Assembly: GCA_964016885.1 (NCBI GenBank)
Contig: OZ024742.1
Location: 124,992,001-125,056,000 of the forward strand
Origin: Eledone cirrhosa
Lineage: Eukaryota
Direction: 5' to 3'
Length of the DNA stretch: 64,000 nucleotides
Shown piece by piece: positions 14,415 through 28,681 of the stretch (position 1 is the first letter of the stretch; each line of letters begins with the position of its first letter). The notes beneath the pieces were generated by a model. The model saw only the letters and a list, made by a program, of their open reading frames with translations, was not told the DNA's origin and made no database searches. The position numbers and the translations under genes are program-made.

Positions 14415-16747
14415 CAAGTGCTTATGTCCACTTTTTTTCTCAAACAGTCCTCTTTCATGATGAGAGGGAATCAATATGAACCTATTCCCTAACACAATCA
14501 TTTCATTTTCAGCATGCCTAATGAATTAAATGTCTCATTTGTTCTTCTCACCACTGTCTCTCGAGTTTACATGGACTAGTTACTTTCCAATATGGGCACA
14601 TGAAGACTGCTGACGGCTGATTGTATAAAATAATTCACAGACAAAATTTCGAAAGTTATAGCTATTTTGCCGTAGATAATAAAACACACATACAGGCAGA
14701 GACACATTTACATATATATATACTTTATATCTATCTATCTATATACATATATATATATATATATATCTTTGTGACATGTCAGTTATATTAACTGACGCAT
14801 AATTTCCACAACGTTATCAATCATTTTTTAGTGCTCTTTAAAATCACCCAAAGATCCAAATGTGTATAAAAAAAAAAATATGTTTAGCAACTCAAAGGAA
14901 AACATGGCAAGCTTTCATTTTAACGTGGCATTATAGTGCACCACATATTACCCACAAGATTGAAATAGGGTTGCTCCGACTATTAACAACAGCAGTAATA
15001 TATCCATCCAATCTGAACTCAGTTTATTGCTTAGTATATGATAGGTCACGGCCCTAATACCTTACCGGTTCTCAATGACTAGCATGAGTAATGTTGGAAC
15101 GGATCCTCAAATCACACAATTAACTTAAAATGTTTGCAACAGCGCAGACTCAACTAAAGGTACCTAAAACCAACTAGCAGTTGTAAACAGAATAATTGAT
15201 TAATTCGATAATCTAGGTAGTACCCTTGTAATTTGAACCCTGAAAACAATATATTATTACAAATGCTGGAACGCAGGCTATACAACGCCATAACTCATCC
15301 GCCACACCGTGGTTCTAGACTTTATTATACTTTAGCTTACATACATGTAGTTGTTACACTTTATTTTGTTGAGGCTCCTCTAAAGCCAAATCCTTATTCC
15401 CACTCACCCAGCCATCTAAAAACGAAAATGTAATAAAACTCTCCTTTATTAAGACCATATATTTATGTTCAACTTTATTGCTGCAGTGCTTCGAAATACA
15501 GTTGGGTTTATTCTGACCTAAATAGTTTAAATTTAAGGGAAAATAACAGAACTTAAATTGGATTAGAGTTTAATTTAAAATCGATATTTGCATAAATATA
15601 TTCGTATTTTCCCCAGATTTAGTTACTTGCGTATCAAAGATTACTTCCTTGTAAAAACATACCACTAAATGTAGCTAAAACATATTTCTTCTCATCTAGA
15701 AAACTCTATAGTATTAATTGTTTCACTGCTATCATTGCTTTGACATTGCCTGATAAATCTAAAAATTAGAACATGCTGGTAAATATATTCTAAATTTTTG
15801 TTTCACCTTAATTAGGTTTACGGGTTATTTTCTGTTAAAATAGAAAGGAATGGTGAAAGTTCGAATCTCTTTAAACTGCAGGCATTTATTCTATCAAGTA
15901 TATGTTTCATAATACAATTTCTTGCTTTTGCGACATTCAGTGCCTGAAAAATTTCTTCATAAATAACTTTAAAGAATTTGCGAAGAAAATGTGGAGAATC
16001 AGTGGTACAAAATTGTTCAATTTTCCCTCATGCTACAAATATGATTATATTTCAATTTCTTAAGAATTGAAATAAATTGAGTAACTGCATCATCAGCTTA
16101 CTGTCGCCATTTCTATTTCCATTGCGCTAAGCTAAATTACCGTTAGAATACTATTAATACTCCATCGATTATTAGATTTTGTGTTTCAGATTAAAAAGCG
16201 AATAAGATTGTTATTTCCGAAATGACCTGTCATGTTCTTTTCCAAGGAAGCAGAATGGCGCCATTAAATATATTGCATACAATCTTGACTAGGCTGTAAG
16301 TAATCATTGTTTTTCTCCCCGCATCTGTTGTCATTGCACGTTAATATTTATATCTTAACAAACACGCCTCCGTGAATCAAAGCTGATAATATAATATCGT
16401 GTCAAACTCATTTCAGAAAGGCAAATACAAATCGCCACCGGCTTAACTTGGAAAATCTGGGTGTTGCATTTTACGCCTGGATGAATAGAAATTTTAAATA
16501 TATTGATTAGCCACAGAAATAACTATACATACATGTTGGCCACCATTTTTGTTTTAAAAAAAAGAAAGGATATTTAAATGATATGTATATCCTTATGTTG
16601 TTCTGTTAATACAATACCAAATATATATACACATGTTTAGAATAGTATTGCAAGAAGAAAAAAAGAAATATATGTTTACATTGACATATCGACGGTGGAA
16701 ACTAATGCGTCAAATTGGTGTACACATAAGTATTTAACAAAGCTTAT

Positions 16748-16890
<143 letters not shown>

Positions 16891-16919
16891 TGGAGAGAGA
16901 GAGCGCGCGATAGATATGT

Positions 16920-17108
16920 GTATCCCGGGTTCAATCGGGGATAACACCAGTAAATAAGGTACTTAATATATAGCAGAGTATAAATTGTTAATATAGAAAT
17001 GGCTTCTATAGGACTAGAACTGTTTCATTCGAAGGAAATCATCAGTAAACTCCTGAATATGTCCTTCGAATGAAACAGTTCTAGTCCTGTAAAAGCCATT
17101 TCTATATT
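16920..17108. repeat. Dispersed repeat with internal inverted repeat (PLE pseudo-LTR-like); relatives at 27420-27530 and 62030-62110
   Basis: AATATAGAAATGGCTT..GGACTAGAACTGTTTCATTCGAAGGA is mirrored at ~17062-17108; reverse-complement similarity to the other two loci. Confidence 0.6.
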
Positions 17109-17177
17109 TATATATATATATATATATATATACATACTTATATATATATACATATACATGTATATATATATATACAC

Positions 17178-17337
17178 AATGGAAAAGAATGAAACGAAAT
17201 TTCATTTCTCACTCTTAGTACGGCGAGCACTGTAAGGCGTAATTCGGGTGTTTGTTTACAAGCAAACCGAACATTATAATAAATGTTCGGTAAACCCATA
17301 CGAACATATATATATGTGTGCATGTATGTATATATAT

Positions 17338-17382
<45 letters not shown>

Positions 17383-17430
17383 CTACTGTACGTCTGTACA
17401 CATATATGTATGTACGTATACATACTTATA
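17178..17430. repeat. Partial, internally inverted copy of the ~435 bp retrozyme-like unit (ribozyme part absent)
   Basis: Minus-strand piece (..TTTCATTTCTCACTCTTAGTACGGC) joined to a plus-strand piece (CACTGTAAGGCGTAATTCGGG..CATTATAATAAATGTTCGG). Confidence 0.75.
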
Positions 17431-17726
17431 TATATACACAGTTCAAGAGTAACCAATCTTAAAGAGAGAGATGGCGATAGGAGAGGAGAGATTGGTGAAT
17501 TAGTTAGAAGCCAAAGCGTAAAAGCATGTGCTCAATGTGCAATATGCAGTGTAAAGCAGCTAGGTGGCTGGGTTCATGCATAAGTTAGGCGCGCAGAGCT
17601 GGAAATATTCATTAGTTGAGAAAAACAAGACCACAAATTTCACAAGGAAGACATTATTAAAAGATTGTCAACATATTTTATTTTGATGTAAGGAATGTAG
17701 AGAATAATAATAATAATATTAATAAT

Positions 17727-17912
17727 AATAATTGTTTCTACTTTAGGAACAAGGCCAGTGATCACCCAGTGCATTACTGGTACTTTATTTTATCGACCCC
17801 GTAAGGATGAAAGGCAAAGTCAACCTCGGCGGGATTTGAACTCAGATCATAAAGGGACGTAACTATGCTGGAAAGCATGGCGTCCGACCCTCTACCGATA
17901 CTCCCAATCCAC
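17727..17912 (-). mobile_element. tRNA-derived SINE
   Basis: Reverse complement of the SINE at 8246-8622. Confidence 0.85.
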
Positions 17913-18235
17913 AATAATGTCCGTTAAAATTGTTTCGCTACTCCATATAATATTTCTGGATCAAATGACTATATATCATTATTAATCAGGTTCAGTTGAA
18001 AATAATTAACATTGTTACAGACAGAGCGGCTAATCGGAAATTCAAAGGAATGTAAATTAAAATAAGGAAAAAATGTTACATAATGTAATGTTCCATATAT
18101 TGGTATTTCACTATGTGTCATGGGTGTATCAATTGTCTCACATAATCAAGCAGTATTCTTCTGTCGAGGCTGCATGTGTGAGATCTATGTGTGAGATCAT
18201 TGTGTGAAATGTGTGGTCTTGTTTTGCTTAACTAA

Positions 18236-18281
<46 letters not shown>

Positions 18282-18290
18282 TATGTATAT

Positions 18291-18324
<34 letters not shown>

Positions 18325-18518
18325 TCAGGTTTGAGGTTCACCACTGGAGAGAGCTGGTCTAATCCGTATGGTCTATCGCAATGTAATAATATAGAGAGTA
18401 CTCAACGTAAGGCAGTTCAACCGTCTTTGTTTTTGTAGTTGGTGGTGCTATTACGGAGTTAAATATTATAATGAAATGACAGGAGGCTGGATTTGTGTAA
18501 ATCCTTGAAAGGTTTATT

Positions 18519-18576
18519 ATACTATGATCATTTCAATGACCGGGTTCCGTATGAATCCGGTGATATCATCAGGTAT
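18519..18576 (-). ncRNA. Type I hammerhead ribozyme (minimal, palindromic stem III)
   Basis: Minus strand: atac-CUGAUGA-[accgg...ccggu stem II]-GAAA-ugauca-UA-guau; stem I auac/guau; predicted cleavage after AUA. Confidence 0.75.
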
Positions 18577-19754
18577 TCGAAATATAATACGTGAATGTAA
18601 TAGATAAAATCCATGGGGCTGAAAATCGAGGACCCGAGGGCCACCGCTATCCAGCACCTTCTACCTTAGCCGGTCGCCCTCGAGTGACGTGGCTAAAGCT
18701 TACAGTGTGCTACTACCGGTCAGATAAAGGAAAACAGAAAGGGTTGGGAACATAAGTTAGCGTTAATATCATGCCACAAGAAAAAAGAAAGAAAGAAATT
18801 AAGAAGAGAGAAGGGGGGAGGAAGAAGAAGAGAAGCCAGGGTTAATGTCAGCTATAAGAAGAAAGACAGAAATAAAGAGGAGGAAAGGTCGGTATTACAG
18901 TCAGGCCAGGATTGTCGCGAAGAAATTTTTTTATTCTTCGGGACCCGTATCTAAACAACTACTGCCGGTCAAATATAGGCAAACAAAAAGGGGAAGGAAT
19001 CTAAGTCTGCGGGAGGAAGACAGAAAGAAGGTAGAAGAGAAGGAAGAAAAGGAAGAAGTAGAAAAGTCAGGGTTGATGGCTACAAGAAGGAAGATAGAAA
19101 GAAAGCGGAAGAAAGGTCGATATTAATGTCAGACTACAGTGGCGCGAAAAAAATTTCACAGGGACCCGTATCTTAGCAGAGGTAAATATAGTGGGGTCAG
19201 TGTGTTATAATGTGTGAGCAGAAGATTGGAACGTTACGTTTTTGTTTAGACTTATAGGATGAAGTTAAAAATTAATAATCAATATTCAATATCAAAGGAA
19301 TTAGAAAATTCAAAGTTAAACAGTTTAACATTTTAAGGTTGATATATCCAATAGTTCTGATTTGATCTGTAATTTAAAGGTACTATGTGGCGGTTAAAAA
19401 ACCGGCCGCGCTCCGGGCCCCCTGGGGCGAATCATGCCGCTCCGAGTAATTTCATTTACCGAAAGAAGGGGAAATTTATTTTCCCAAGCACTCAAGGTAG
19501 GCCCATGCGCCAGGGGGCCGGTCCCGCCGCCAGGAAAACCCACCCAACAGTCCGACAGAAAGTTGGAACGTTAAAATACTGTTTAAATTTATAGGATGAA
19601 GTTGAAAGAATTCAGAATAACATTATAAAATCAAAGAGTAAGAAGATTGAGAATTGAACAAACAGAAAATTGAAAATTAAACATTTAAAAAAATCGGGTC
19701 CTCGATTTTCAGCCCCATGGATTTTATCTATTACATTCACGTATTATATTTCGA

Positions 19755-19812
19755 ATACCTGATGATATCACCAGATTCATACGGAACCCGGTCATTGAAA
19801 TGACCATAGTAT
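19755..19812 (+). ncRNA. Type I hammerhead ribozyme (inverted twin of 18519-18576)
   Basis: atac CTGATGA tatcaccagattcatacggaacccggtcatt GAAA tgacca TA gtat. Confidence 0.7.
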
Positions 19813-19885
19813 AATAAACCTTTCAAGGATTTACACAAATCCAGCCTCCTCTCATTTTTATAATATATATATATATATATATACA

Positions 19886-19925
<40 letters not shown>

Positions 19926-19959
19926 TATATGTATATATATCTGTATGTATATATATATG

Positions 19960-20436
<477 letters not shown>

Positions 20437-21141
20437 ATTATATACATATATATATAAATGTATGCGTGTGTCTGTGCATATATATATGTGTGTGTGTGTA
20501 TACGTGTGCTTGTGTGTTTGTTCAACTTTCCTGCCAAATTTTCATAACACTACCCTATCATTTTTAATTAAAACCTAATCCCTCATCACCACCCAACTTT
20601 TAACTTTTTTCCAAACATAATATAAAAATACACTGATCATTAAGCTTATTTTAGTCTTGTAGCCACCAAAATAAGGATTAATCAACCTTTCCTATCATAA
20701 AACATTTGTAAAATACACCAATATTGTATTGCTTTTTCAACTTTATAACTTTAATCCTCAATGACACTTACATCATTTCTATCTGAGCAACACACAACAA
20801 AACCCCAATATCATCCTCACTCCATCTTCATTTACCTAATTTTCAAATAATGACAAACAAATCTGATTCCATGATTAATTTGTTTTATTAAACACTTTCA
20901 ACCTCACATACAATCTTATACCACTCTACGACATCATTTATCTTCTGTATTTGTACGTATTCAACACAATACAGCAGACCATTTTGAAAATGACAGTGAA
21001 TGCGAGAAAGTTTCCCAGGGAGTTAAAAAGACTTAAACTTCTCCACATATGTTAAAAAGGACTTACCAGAACTAATATCAATTATGAAGTCATTCTTCCC
21101 ATTTTAACAAATTTATCTTACTCTATCAAGGAATTTCCCTA

Positions 21142-21207
<66 letters not shown>

Positions 21208-21244
21208 TATTTATTTACATTTATATATATTATTTATTTGCATT

Positions 21245-21995
21245 CCAGTTGAGGGGAAGACATCATTCTGAGGCACCACGACCTATAGCCAGATTTCCCT
21301 GGTTGGCAGTTGATACAAAATGGAGTTTGTTGCTGCTGCTCTTGTTTTTGCTTTGCCTTGTGCTGTGGGTTCATCGGGTATTACCATCGGCTGAATGTCG
21401 AGATGTCTCCTAAAAATATCTACATGCCCACCATGTAGATCTCTCGAATTTATTGGCAACTTATTAAAAGGCTGAGTTCACTTAAACGCCAAGTTATTGC
21501 ATTATGCTGTCCTTATTCTCGTTGCGGCGGATAGTACCTTTGGTTTTACACTGTCACGTCCTGTTCGTGGGCTGGTCTTGCCTTCGATGCCGAAGTTAGG
21601 TGCTAACCCTTCCACGATCTTCCATATGTATGTCACTGCGTAATCTCTCTCGTCTCCACTCTAGGGAGTAAACCTCTAATTTCTTTAGCCTCTCCCAGTA
21701 GCTCATCTCTTCCATTGAGACGATCCTCTTGGTGAGGCCTCGTTGTCATGCTTCAAGTTCTGCAGTTAGTGTGACACTGTGAGGCGACCACAGCTGAGAA
21801 CAATAGTCGAGTGGGCTTAGGACCAAAGTCCTCCAGAGGACCTACATGGTTTCCGAGTATTTTGTCCTGAATATCTTCAGAATCCAATCCGCCAGTCGTC
21901 TGCACATTGTCATCATTTTAGTGATGTGTGCATGATACGATGCATCATTGCTTATGTCAATACCCAGCTCTCGTATTAATTTTGACTCTGGTGAT
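21245..21995 (-). pseudogene. CR1/L2-group LINE 3' fragment
   Basis: LGIDISNDASYHAHI, LDYCSQLWSP, YSLEWRRER, YIWKIVEGLAPN, VIPDEPT..RAAATNS on the minus strand, with stops and frameshifts. Confidence 0.75.
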
Positions 21996-22759
21996 GAAGT
22001 TGAGTGGATCTCCAGTAGCACAAAAAAACAAAGGCTGTTAAAAGGGTCAATGAATTCATGAGTCAACGCCACTCACCCAAATTATGAGTTAATTAGCTTC
22101 ACAATCGCGCAATTGATCACGCGAGGTCAGTAAGACTATATCGTTGATGTGACCAAAATAAATAAAAAGAAAGCGGTAAAGGTCAATCAAGGAGAGGTTC
22201 GTCCAACAGGAATGAGAAGACCCTGAATACAAATGAATGCCATCCGAATGATTGACATCTATTCTTTAAAACATACCGATCTACATCTACTCAATTGACC
22301 CGCTAAATGATCCCTTTCCACTTCTCCCCATACTTAAAGGGTTTCGTAGCTAATCTATCCACATAAATCTGTCTCACTCGTCTATTCTTCCCTCCTCAGC
22401 AATATAGTGAGTCCCCCTCAAATGGGAAAAGAACACATGCCAAGCATTGAAACGCTGAAACATTTCACGTTTCGTTAGCCTTTCGTGAAAAATTCAGAAA
22501 CTCGAAAATATTCGTAAATTTGGTGGACAACATTCAAGATCAATTATTTTATAAGACATGATGTTTTGGCATTAGTACAATTGCATTTGTCAGAAATGTA
22601 TAATTTAGCGAGAAATTGCTGCCAGTGTTAATGTATAATAAAATTCGATTTGAACTATACAAAAAGCTTGCTAGTATCCGCAGCATCTTAATGAGCGGAA
22701 ACAAGTCAATATTATGATATTTAACTTAGGCTGAAGGTCAAATATTTTAGAAAAGCTGG

Positions 22760-23780
22760 ATACTACTATTACTACTACTACTCCTACTAATACTACTACC
22801 TGCTCCTCTTAATCGACCGTTTATTTCTATGTTGTTTGAGCGGGTTGAGTCATCATACGCATTCCAGAGAGTCCTATCAGAACCCATCTCTTCCAAATAA
22901 TCCGGCTGGATCCCGAGACGAGACAATTCAATCACATATGTGTTATCCAACTATGTAGCACGAGATCTGCCTTTGGGTTTCCTGCTGACTCGTTTTGCCA
23001 TTAAAGTTTGTCCATCGATGTTTTTCTGAGACATTCTAACCTCATGTCCGTAGTAGCGGAACTCTGATCACTCTATCGGAGTAGTAGTCGCTTTTCCTGT
23101 GGCGACTTACGGATCTCTGAGTTATGCACCCTGTCAAGCAACGTTACTCCAAGGACAATTCGGAGGTATCCCATTTCAGCCGCTTCTATTTGCGATCGTA
23201 TTTCGTGGGTAATAACCGAAAATACGTGACCTTATGTCAGAGTTGGCACGTGTACCGAATTGAATATAATGCGTAGGGCATTTACAATTACCTTAAATCT
23301 TCTGATGACCGAGTGAACAAGCTGGCGCATTACTGAACCAGCTCCTGAAGTTCTTTCACTTAATGCAGCTTTCTCCCTTCTATAACTCGCAAAAACTGTC
23401 CTGAAATACTTGAACTTCTTCACATGCTTCATTGGAATTCACTCCAGGCTCTTTCGGGGGAAGAGAGTCTCAGTATTCGCGGCACAGATTATCAGACCTG
23501 TCGTGCAGCACTCGTCAACAACCCTATCAAGTGCATGTCGAATACCACCTTTTGAGTTGCGTAATAACATGTCGTCTGTAAATTTCAGTGGACTGATCAT
23601 AAAACTCGCAGGTTTGATACAAATTCCAATCCGACAGCGTATGCCAATCCTATTCATGAAAATAATGAACAAGTGAGATGACAATACGCAACTTTGGTGG
23701 AGTCCGACTCCCATATTGAATGGTTTAGACTTAGCAGAAAATATATATTTTATCCGTGTTGAAAGAATTGGATGGACTGT
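22760..23780 (-). pseudogene. RTE-like LINE 3' portion (decayed RT)
   Basis: GVGLHQSCVLSSHLFIIFM..LKFTDD, VKKFKYF, VPTLT; ends in an (AGT)n-like tail at 22760-22800. Confidence 0.75.
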
Positions 23781-26337
23781 CCCGTAACTCCTAGGGGTCG
23801 CGTATGGGCGCCGTATCGACATATGGCGTTTCTTGGGCCTTGTTTAAATCTGGCGGAGTCCATCCCTCTTCGGGTTTGAATACAACAGATTTCTTCTATA
23901 GAAGGAGATAGTGATTAATAGAATGGAAGTGCGAAAGGGATATAGAAGAATAATCAAATCCAGTACTTGATTGATACTACTCTTGAAGGAATGAAAGGGA
24001 AAGTTGACATCTGCAGGATTTGTAAAATAACTGAAGTTGATAATGCTGTTTCCATCGCAGCTACTTCAGTTCTTACTGAAATATACCATCTCACTAAAGA
24101 TTTCAGTCGAATACTACTCTACTTCTTCTTCCATCAATCGTGAACATGGCCCCCGAGATACTTGAACTTCCTCATCTGCTTCAATTGAACTCTATTCATA
24201 TGTAGAGTGAACTGCACAGGCTTCATTGAGAGGACGATTGTCTCAATTTTCTCAGCACTGATTTTCATTTCAGCTATGCACCACCCAAGATCAAGCCATA
24301 TACACACAAATATAGCGGGCTTCTGCTATTTTCAATATGCAACTGTATCATGCTCTTTGGTAGAATATATATTTGTAATTACTTGGTCATCTAGGAGGCG
24401 ATATCTTTGGATTGGTTTTATTTATTTAGTTTGGTATAGGCGGTGTACTGCCTGTATCTGTAGAGCATCGGACAAGATGTTTTGCGGCACTAGCTTTGTA
24501 CGCCAAAGTTAGCTTTGACCATCCTTACGGGAATCTTTAAAATGAAGTACTAGTAAAGAGACTCTGGTTGACTTTCGACGTTCCACTCCACCAAAATTTG
24601 TTGGCCTTTTGCCTAAATCAGACACCAATATTTAGCTTAATAGGAACATACTTCACAAACCATCTAGACTTGTTATATCAAAGCAGTGGATGTTATGTTT
24701 GAACGTCAGTATTCTGAGCTCCACGTGGAAAGCCTGTATGAAGTGAAAGAACCACATTCTTATTAAATTTGAATGAATTATCGAGCGTGGTTTCAGAAGT
24801 CAACACACAGTATGGAGGAGGAGAAACGAAAAGACAAGAAGGGATGGTATCTTACATCGGTCAACAGGATTAATCGATAAATATTTGTTCTTTACGGAAG
24901 TATGTTTGCCATAATCTCTCGTGAGAATCATTATATCCTCCCTTTTGCGGTTGAATGACATCATATCATTTCATGTCTAACATCATTCTAATATTTCCTG
25001 ATATGGTTATATATGCTAATATTAATTGGGTAAATTTTCCTTTGCATGATCTATTACTTCCACTATTTAAAACCACTGCGCCTGTACATGAAAGTGTATA
25101 ACGTAAATCTACCTTATCCACTCACGTCAGAGATCATTGATTATTTATGCTGCCATTACAGCTGTTGCATAACTAACGAATTAAGGAATTAAAGCGAGAT
25201 TGAATTGATTACCGTAATGGTCGGAGAGTTAATTGGAATCCTAGACCATCGAATCGTCCAATGAAAAGGCATTGTAGATTTTTGATCCATGTCAGTTGCC
25301 ACTTTTTAGGCCCTTTTCTATGAACACATTGTCTTAATACACGTATAGAGAAAGCCTGAAATATACGCTTCTATTAGAATGCCTAATATGGATAGATTTA
25401 TTGCAAATGGTTTTCTAAAGGTAAGTTTGTTTAGAAGAGAATTTGTTGCTGAACGATGCGGAATTGTGTTTCCGGACATTGATATATTTTATTATTATTC
25501 AAACGTCCGTATAAAGCCATTAAGCCATGAGAGACTAGATGATGTATGTAGTACTTCTTACAGTTGAGAAACAAAAAACAAAATATTCAGAGGTAAGTGC
25601 GTATGAAAATGAAAATAAAATGAAAAATATAAATAAATAAAAATGTTCAATACGGAGGCCCAGTGGGAGGCTTAATAAACATAAAAATGATTTTTTTAAT
25701 GGGAAGCAAGGTAAGCTGTAGAGCAGCAATGAGTTTTTGTTTGCTAAATCTTTTTGTAACGTCAATGTACTCAAATATTTTGTTTAGATGGGTAGATCTT
25801 TTACAATATAAATACCGCCGGATTTGAGCTATGAGTATGGTACTTAGTAAAAGGGTGGATAAGCCTTATTTGCACATGACTGCCGTCTCTAGTCATCATA
25901 GATGAAATGTTTAATCGTAAACATACAGTATATTGTTAAATTTACAAATACCACATACCTATATGTATACAGCTACGTCGGAGCGAAAACCTTATTTCTA
26001 TTTGCAGGTGGAGTCATCCGAGATCTCCATATGCAAATGAGGCTTATCAGCTTATGTACAGAGTCCATCAAAACTATATGTTTTCGACTATATTGGATTT
26101 CAGCAGAGATCAGAAATAGGGCGCCCTGTCTCACAAAGACCGAAGTCAGAAAGAGTCGAATGTCGAGCGGTTACGCACCCCTGCTTCTGCTGGGAACCAC
26201 CTGGTGGCTCTAGTCATCAGCTTCCAAAATCCATAACTAAAGGATTTCAAATGGTTATTCCGAAACGTACGATATATCGGTAGATATACGAATACACACA
26301 CCTATATATATATATACAGTTATGTCGGAGCGAACAC

Positions 26338-26379
<42 letters not shown>

Positions 26380-26391
26380 GTGTTCGCTCCA

Positions 26392-27380
26392 ACGCGGACA
26401 ATAACAAAAATAAGTTATTGGGATAAGAAGAATTGGGTGGAGAAAGAGATACATGTAAACAAACAAAAATGGTAAGGCAACGTAATGAGAGGAAAATGAG
26501 AAAACAAGTCAGTGATACATGTGAACTTAAGTTCTAGCAAATCAATGACGAGAAGACGAAGGACGCGTCAGAACCCTGCGAAATGTAAGTGAGAAAAGGA
26601 TTTCACACAGGTCAGACGGGAGGAAGTGAAATAGAGGGAGTAGCAGTGAGTGAGTGAAAGTGTGAGTAGGAGGCCAGCCGTGAGAGAGTGACCAGCAGAG
26701 GGGGTGAATGAAAGATAGAGGTACAAGGAGATAGAAGGGAAAGAGAGAAAGAGGATAGCATGCTGCGTTGTTGCGAATGTGATACATATGAATTTAAAAA
26801 TAGAGCAAGACACCAGGACTATGTATCACATTCGCAACAACACAGCACGCCATTTTTCATTCCTATATTTTTTTACCTCGCTGTGACCTGTCTTTTTCTA
26901 TTCCCTTACTGCTATCCTCTTTCTATCTCCCCCTTCTCTCTCCTTGTACCTCTTACTTTCATTCACCCCCTCTTCTGGTCTCCCTCTCTCGGCTGGCCTC
27001 CTCCTCACACTCTCACTCACGCTCTGCTACTCCCTCTCTCTCACTTCCTCCCATCTGACCTGTGTGAAATCCTTTTCTCGCTTTTATTTCGTAGGGTTCT
27101 GACGCGTCCTTCGTCTTCTCGTCATTGATTTGCTAGAACTTAAGTTCACATGTATCACTGATTTGTTTTCTCATGTTCCTCTCTTTACGTTGCCTTACCA
27201 TTTTTGTTTGTTTACATGTCTGTCTTTCTCCACCCAATTCTTTTTATCCCAATAACTTATTTTAGCTAATGTTCGCGCTGGCTTGTGGTATCTGGTCTCT
27301 AATGCGAAGAAATACCGATGATGGCCAGAATATCACTGATGATGGATAGTCCTGGTTTCTTGCTCTATTTTTTAATTTAT
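26392..27380. repeat. Large inverted duplication (~370 bp arms) with nested short inversions
   Basis: 26392-26760 is the diverged reverse complement of ~26909-27278; 26761-26788 mirrors 26821-26848; 26789-26822 mirrors 27346-27380. Confidence 0.85.
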
Positions 27381-27530
27381 ATATATATATGTATGTATAT
27401 ATATGTGCTTCATGGTGGTTTCTCCCGAATGAAACAGTTCTAGACTTGTATTTCTATATTAAATATTTATACTCTGCTATGTATTGAGTACCTTACTTGC
27501 TCTGGTTACTCCCGATTGAACGTGGGATAA

Positions 27531-27604
<74 letters not shown>

Positions 27605-28082
27605 GTGTGTGTGTAGGTATGTATGTATGTATGTGTGTGGGTTTTCACATACAGCGGTCTTCTATTTTCATTAGAGGTCACGTGTCGAGTTGGCACAGAA
27701 GGGCTGGATTCATTATCGGAGCAATACGCGCTGGCACACACACTCAACAAAGACCGACGAGTCCTGGAACAAATGAAATGCAAAGCTAACCTTATCGGGA
27801 TTTGAACTCAGAACATAAAGGGTCGTAATTATGCTACGAAACATTGTATCCGACATACTACTGATACAGCCAATCAATCGCATAAAATTAATAATTTTCA
27901 ACTGAGAAAATTGCAAACTTGACTGGCACCACGCATTATGAACCTGAAGAATTCGAAAGCATGAAAGTACTTGTTCAATTAACACTTAACATTCTATCAT
28001 ACTATTTCATTATAATACCATTATACATTTTAAAGGATTGTAAATAAAACGAGTAAGTCAGACAAAGTTGGAATTCCTCTTA

Positions 28083-28161
<79 letters not shown>

Positions 28162-28197
28162 TTTCGTTATATATATATATATATATATATACCGTCG

Positions 28198-28231
<34 letters not shown>

Positions 28232-28681
28232 TACGAAGGAAATGTGGTAAGGAACCAGGTGGACCATAACGCACCAAAGTACTCAATACTTAGCGTAGTA
28301 GAGTGGGTAATAGGAACGAGTAGGGCACCGACGGCTGAGATCAAGCCGTTTCGACGGCTAATATATATATGTATATGCGTTTGTCAACCATTCACGGTGT
28401 GGCTCAACGAAGAATTAATTAAATAATTATTTATCAAGGCAATTTATAAAAATATAAGTCCAAAGAATCGTTAGATAAAATATATACAGTATTTCCTCTC
28501 CCAATCAGTATAAATTAACCACACAAAAAATCATTTAAACGAGGCTATAAGTTTAAAATGTACTTATGAAGAAATAATAGATAAATGATATAGATACTTT
28601 CCGCGATGTACAACTACATGACATCTACCTAGTATTTCTCCTAGCCTGTAGAAATTGACTAGACAATTATTTAATATTTAA

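Larger units (their letters stand above)
18326..19852 (-). mobile_element. Non-coding Penelope-like derivative with inverted terminal segments, each carrying a hammerhead motif
   Basis: 18474-18637 is the inverted copy of 19695-19852; homologous to 62695-64000; flanked by (TA)n; no RT ORF recognised. Confidence 0.65.

Noticed and set aside
17005-17095. Hammerhead-like CUGAUGA..GAAAcaguucuaGUC in the inverted repeat
   Set aside because: Stems I and III do not pair convincingly; at best a decayed remnant.
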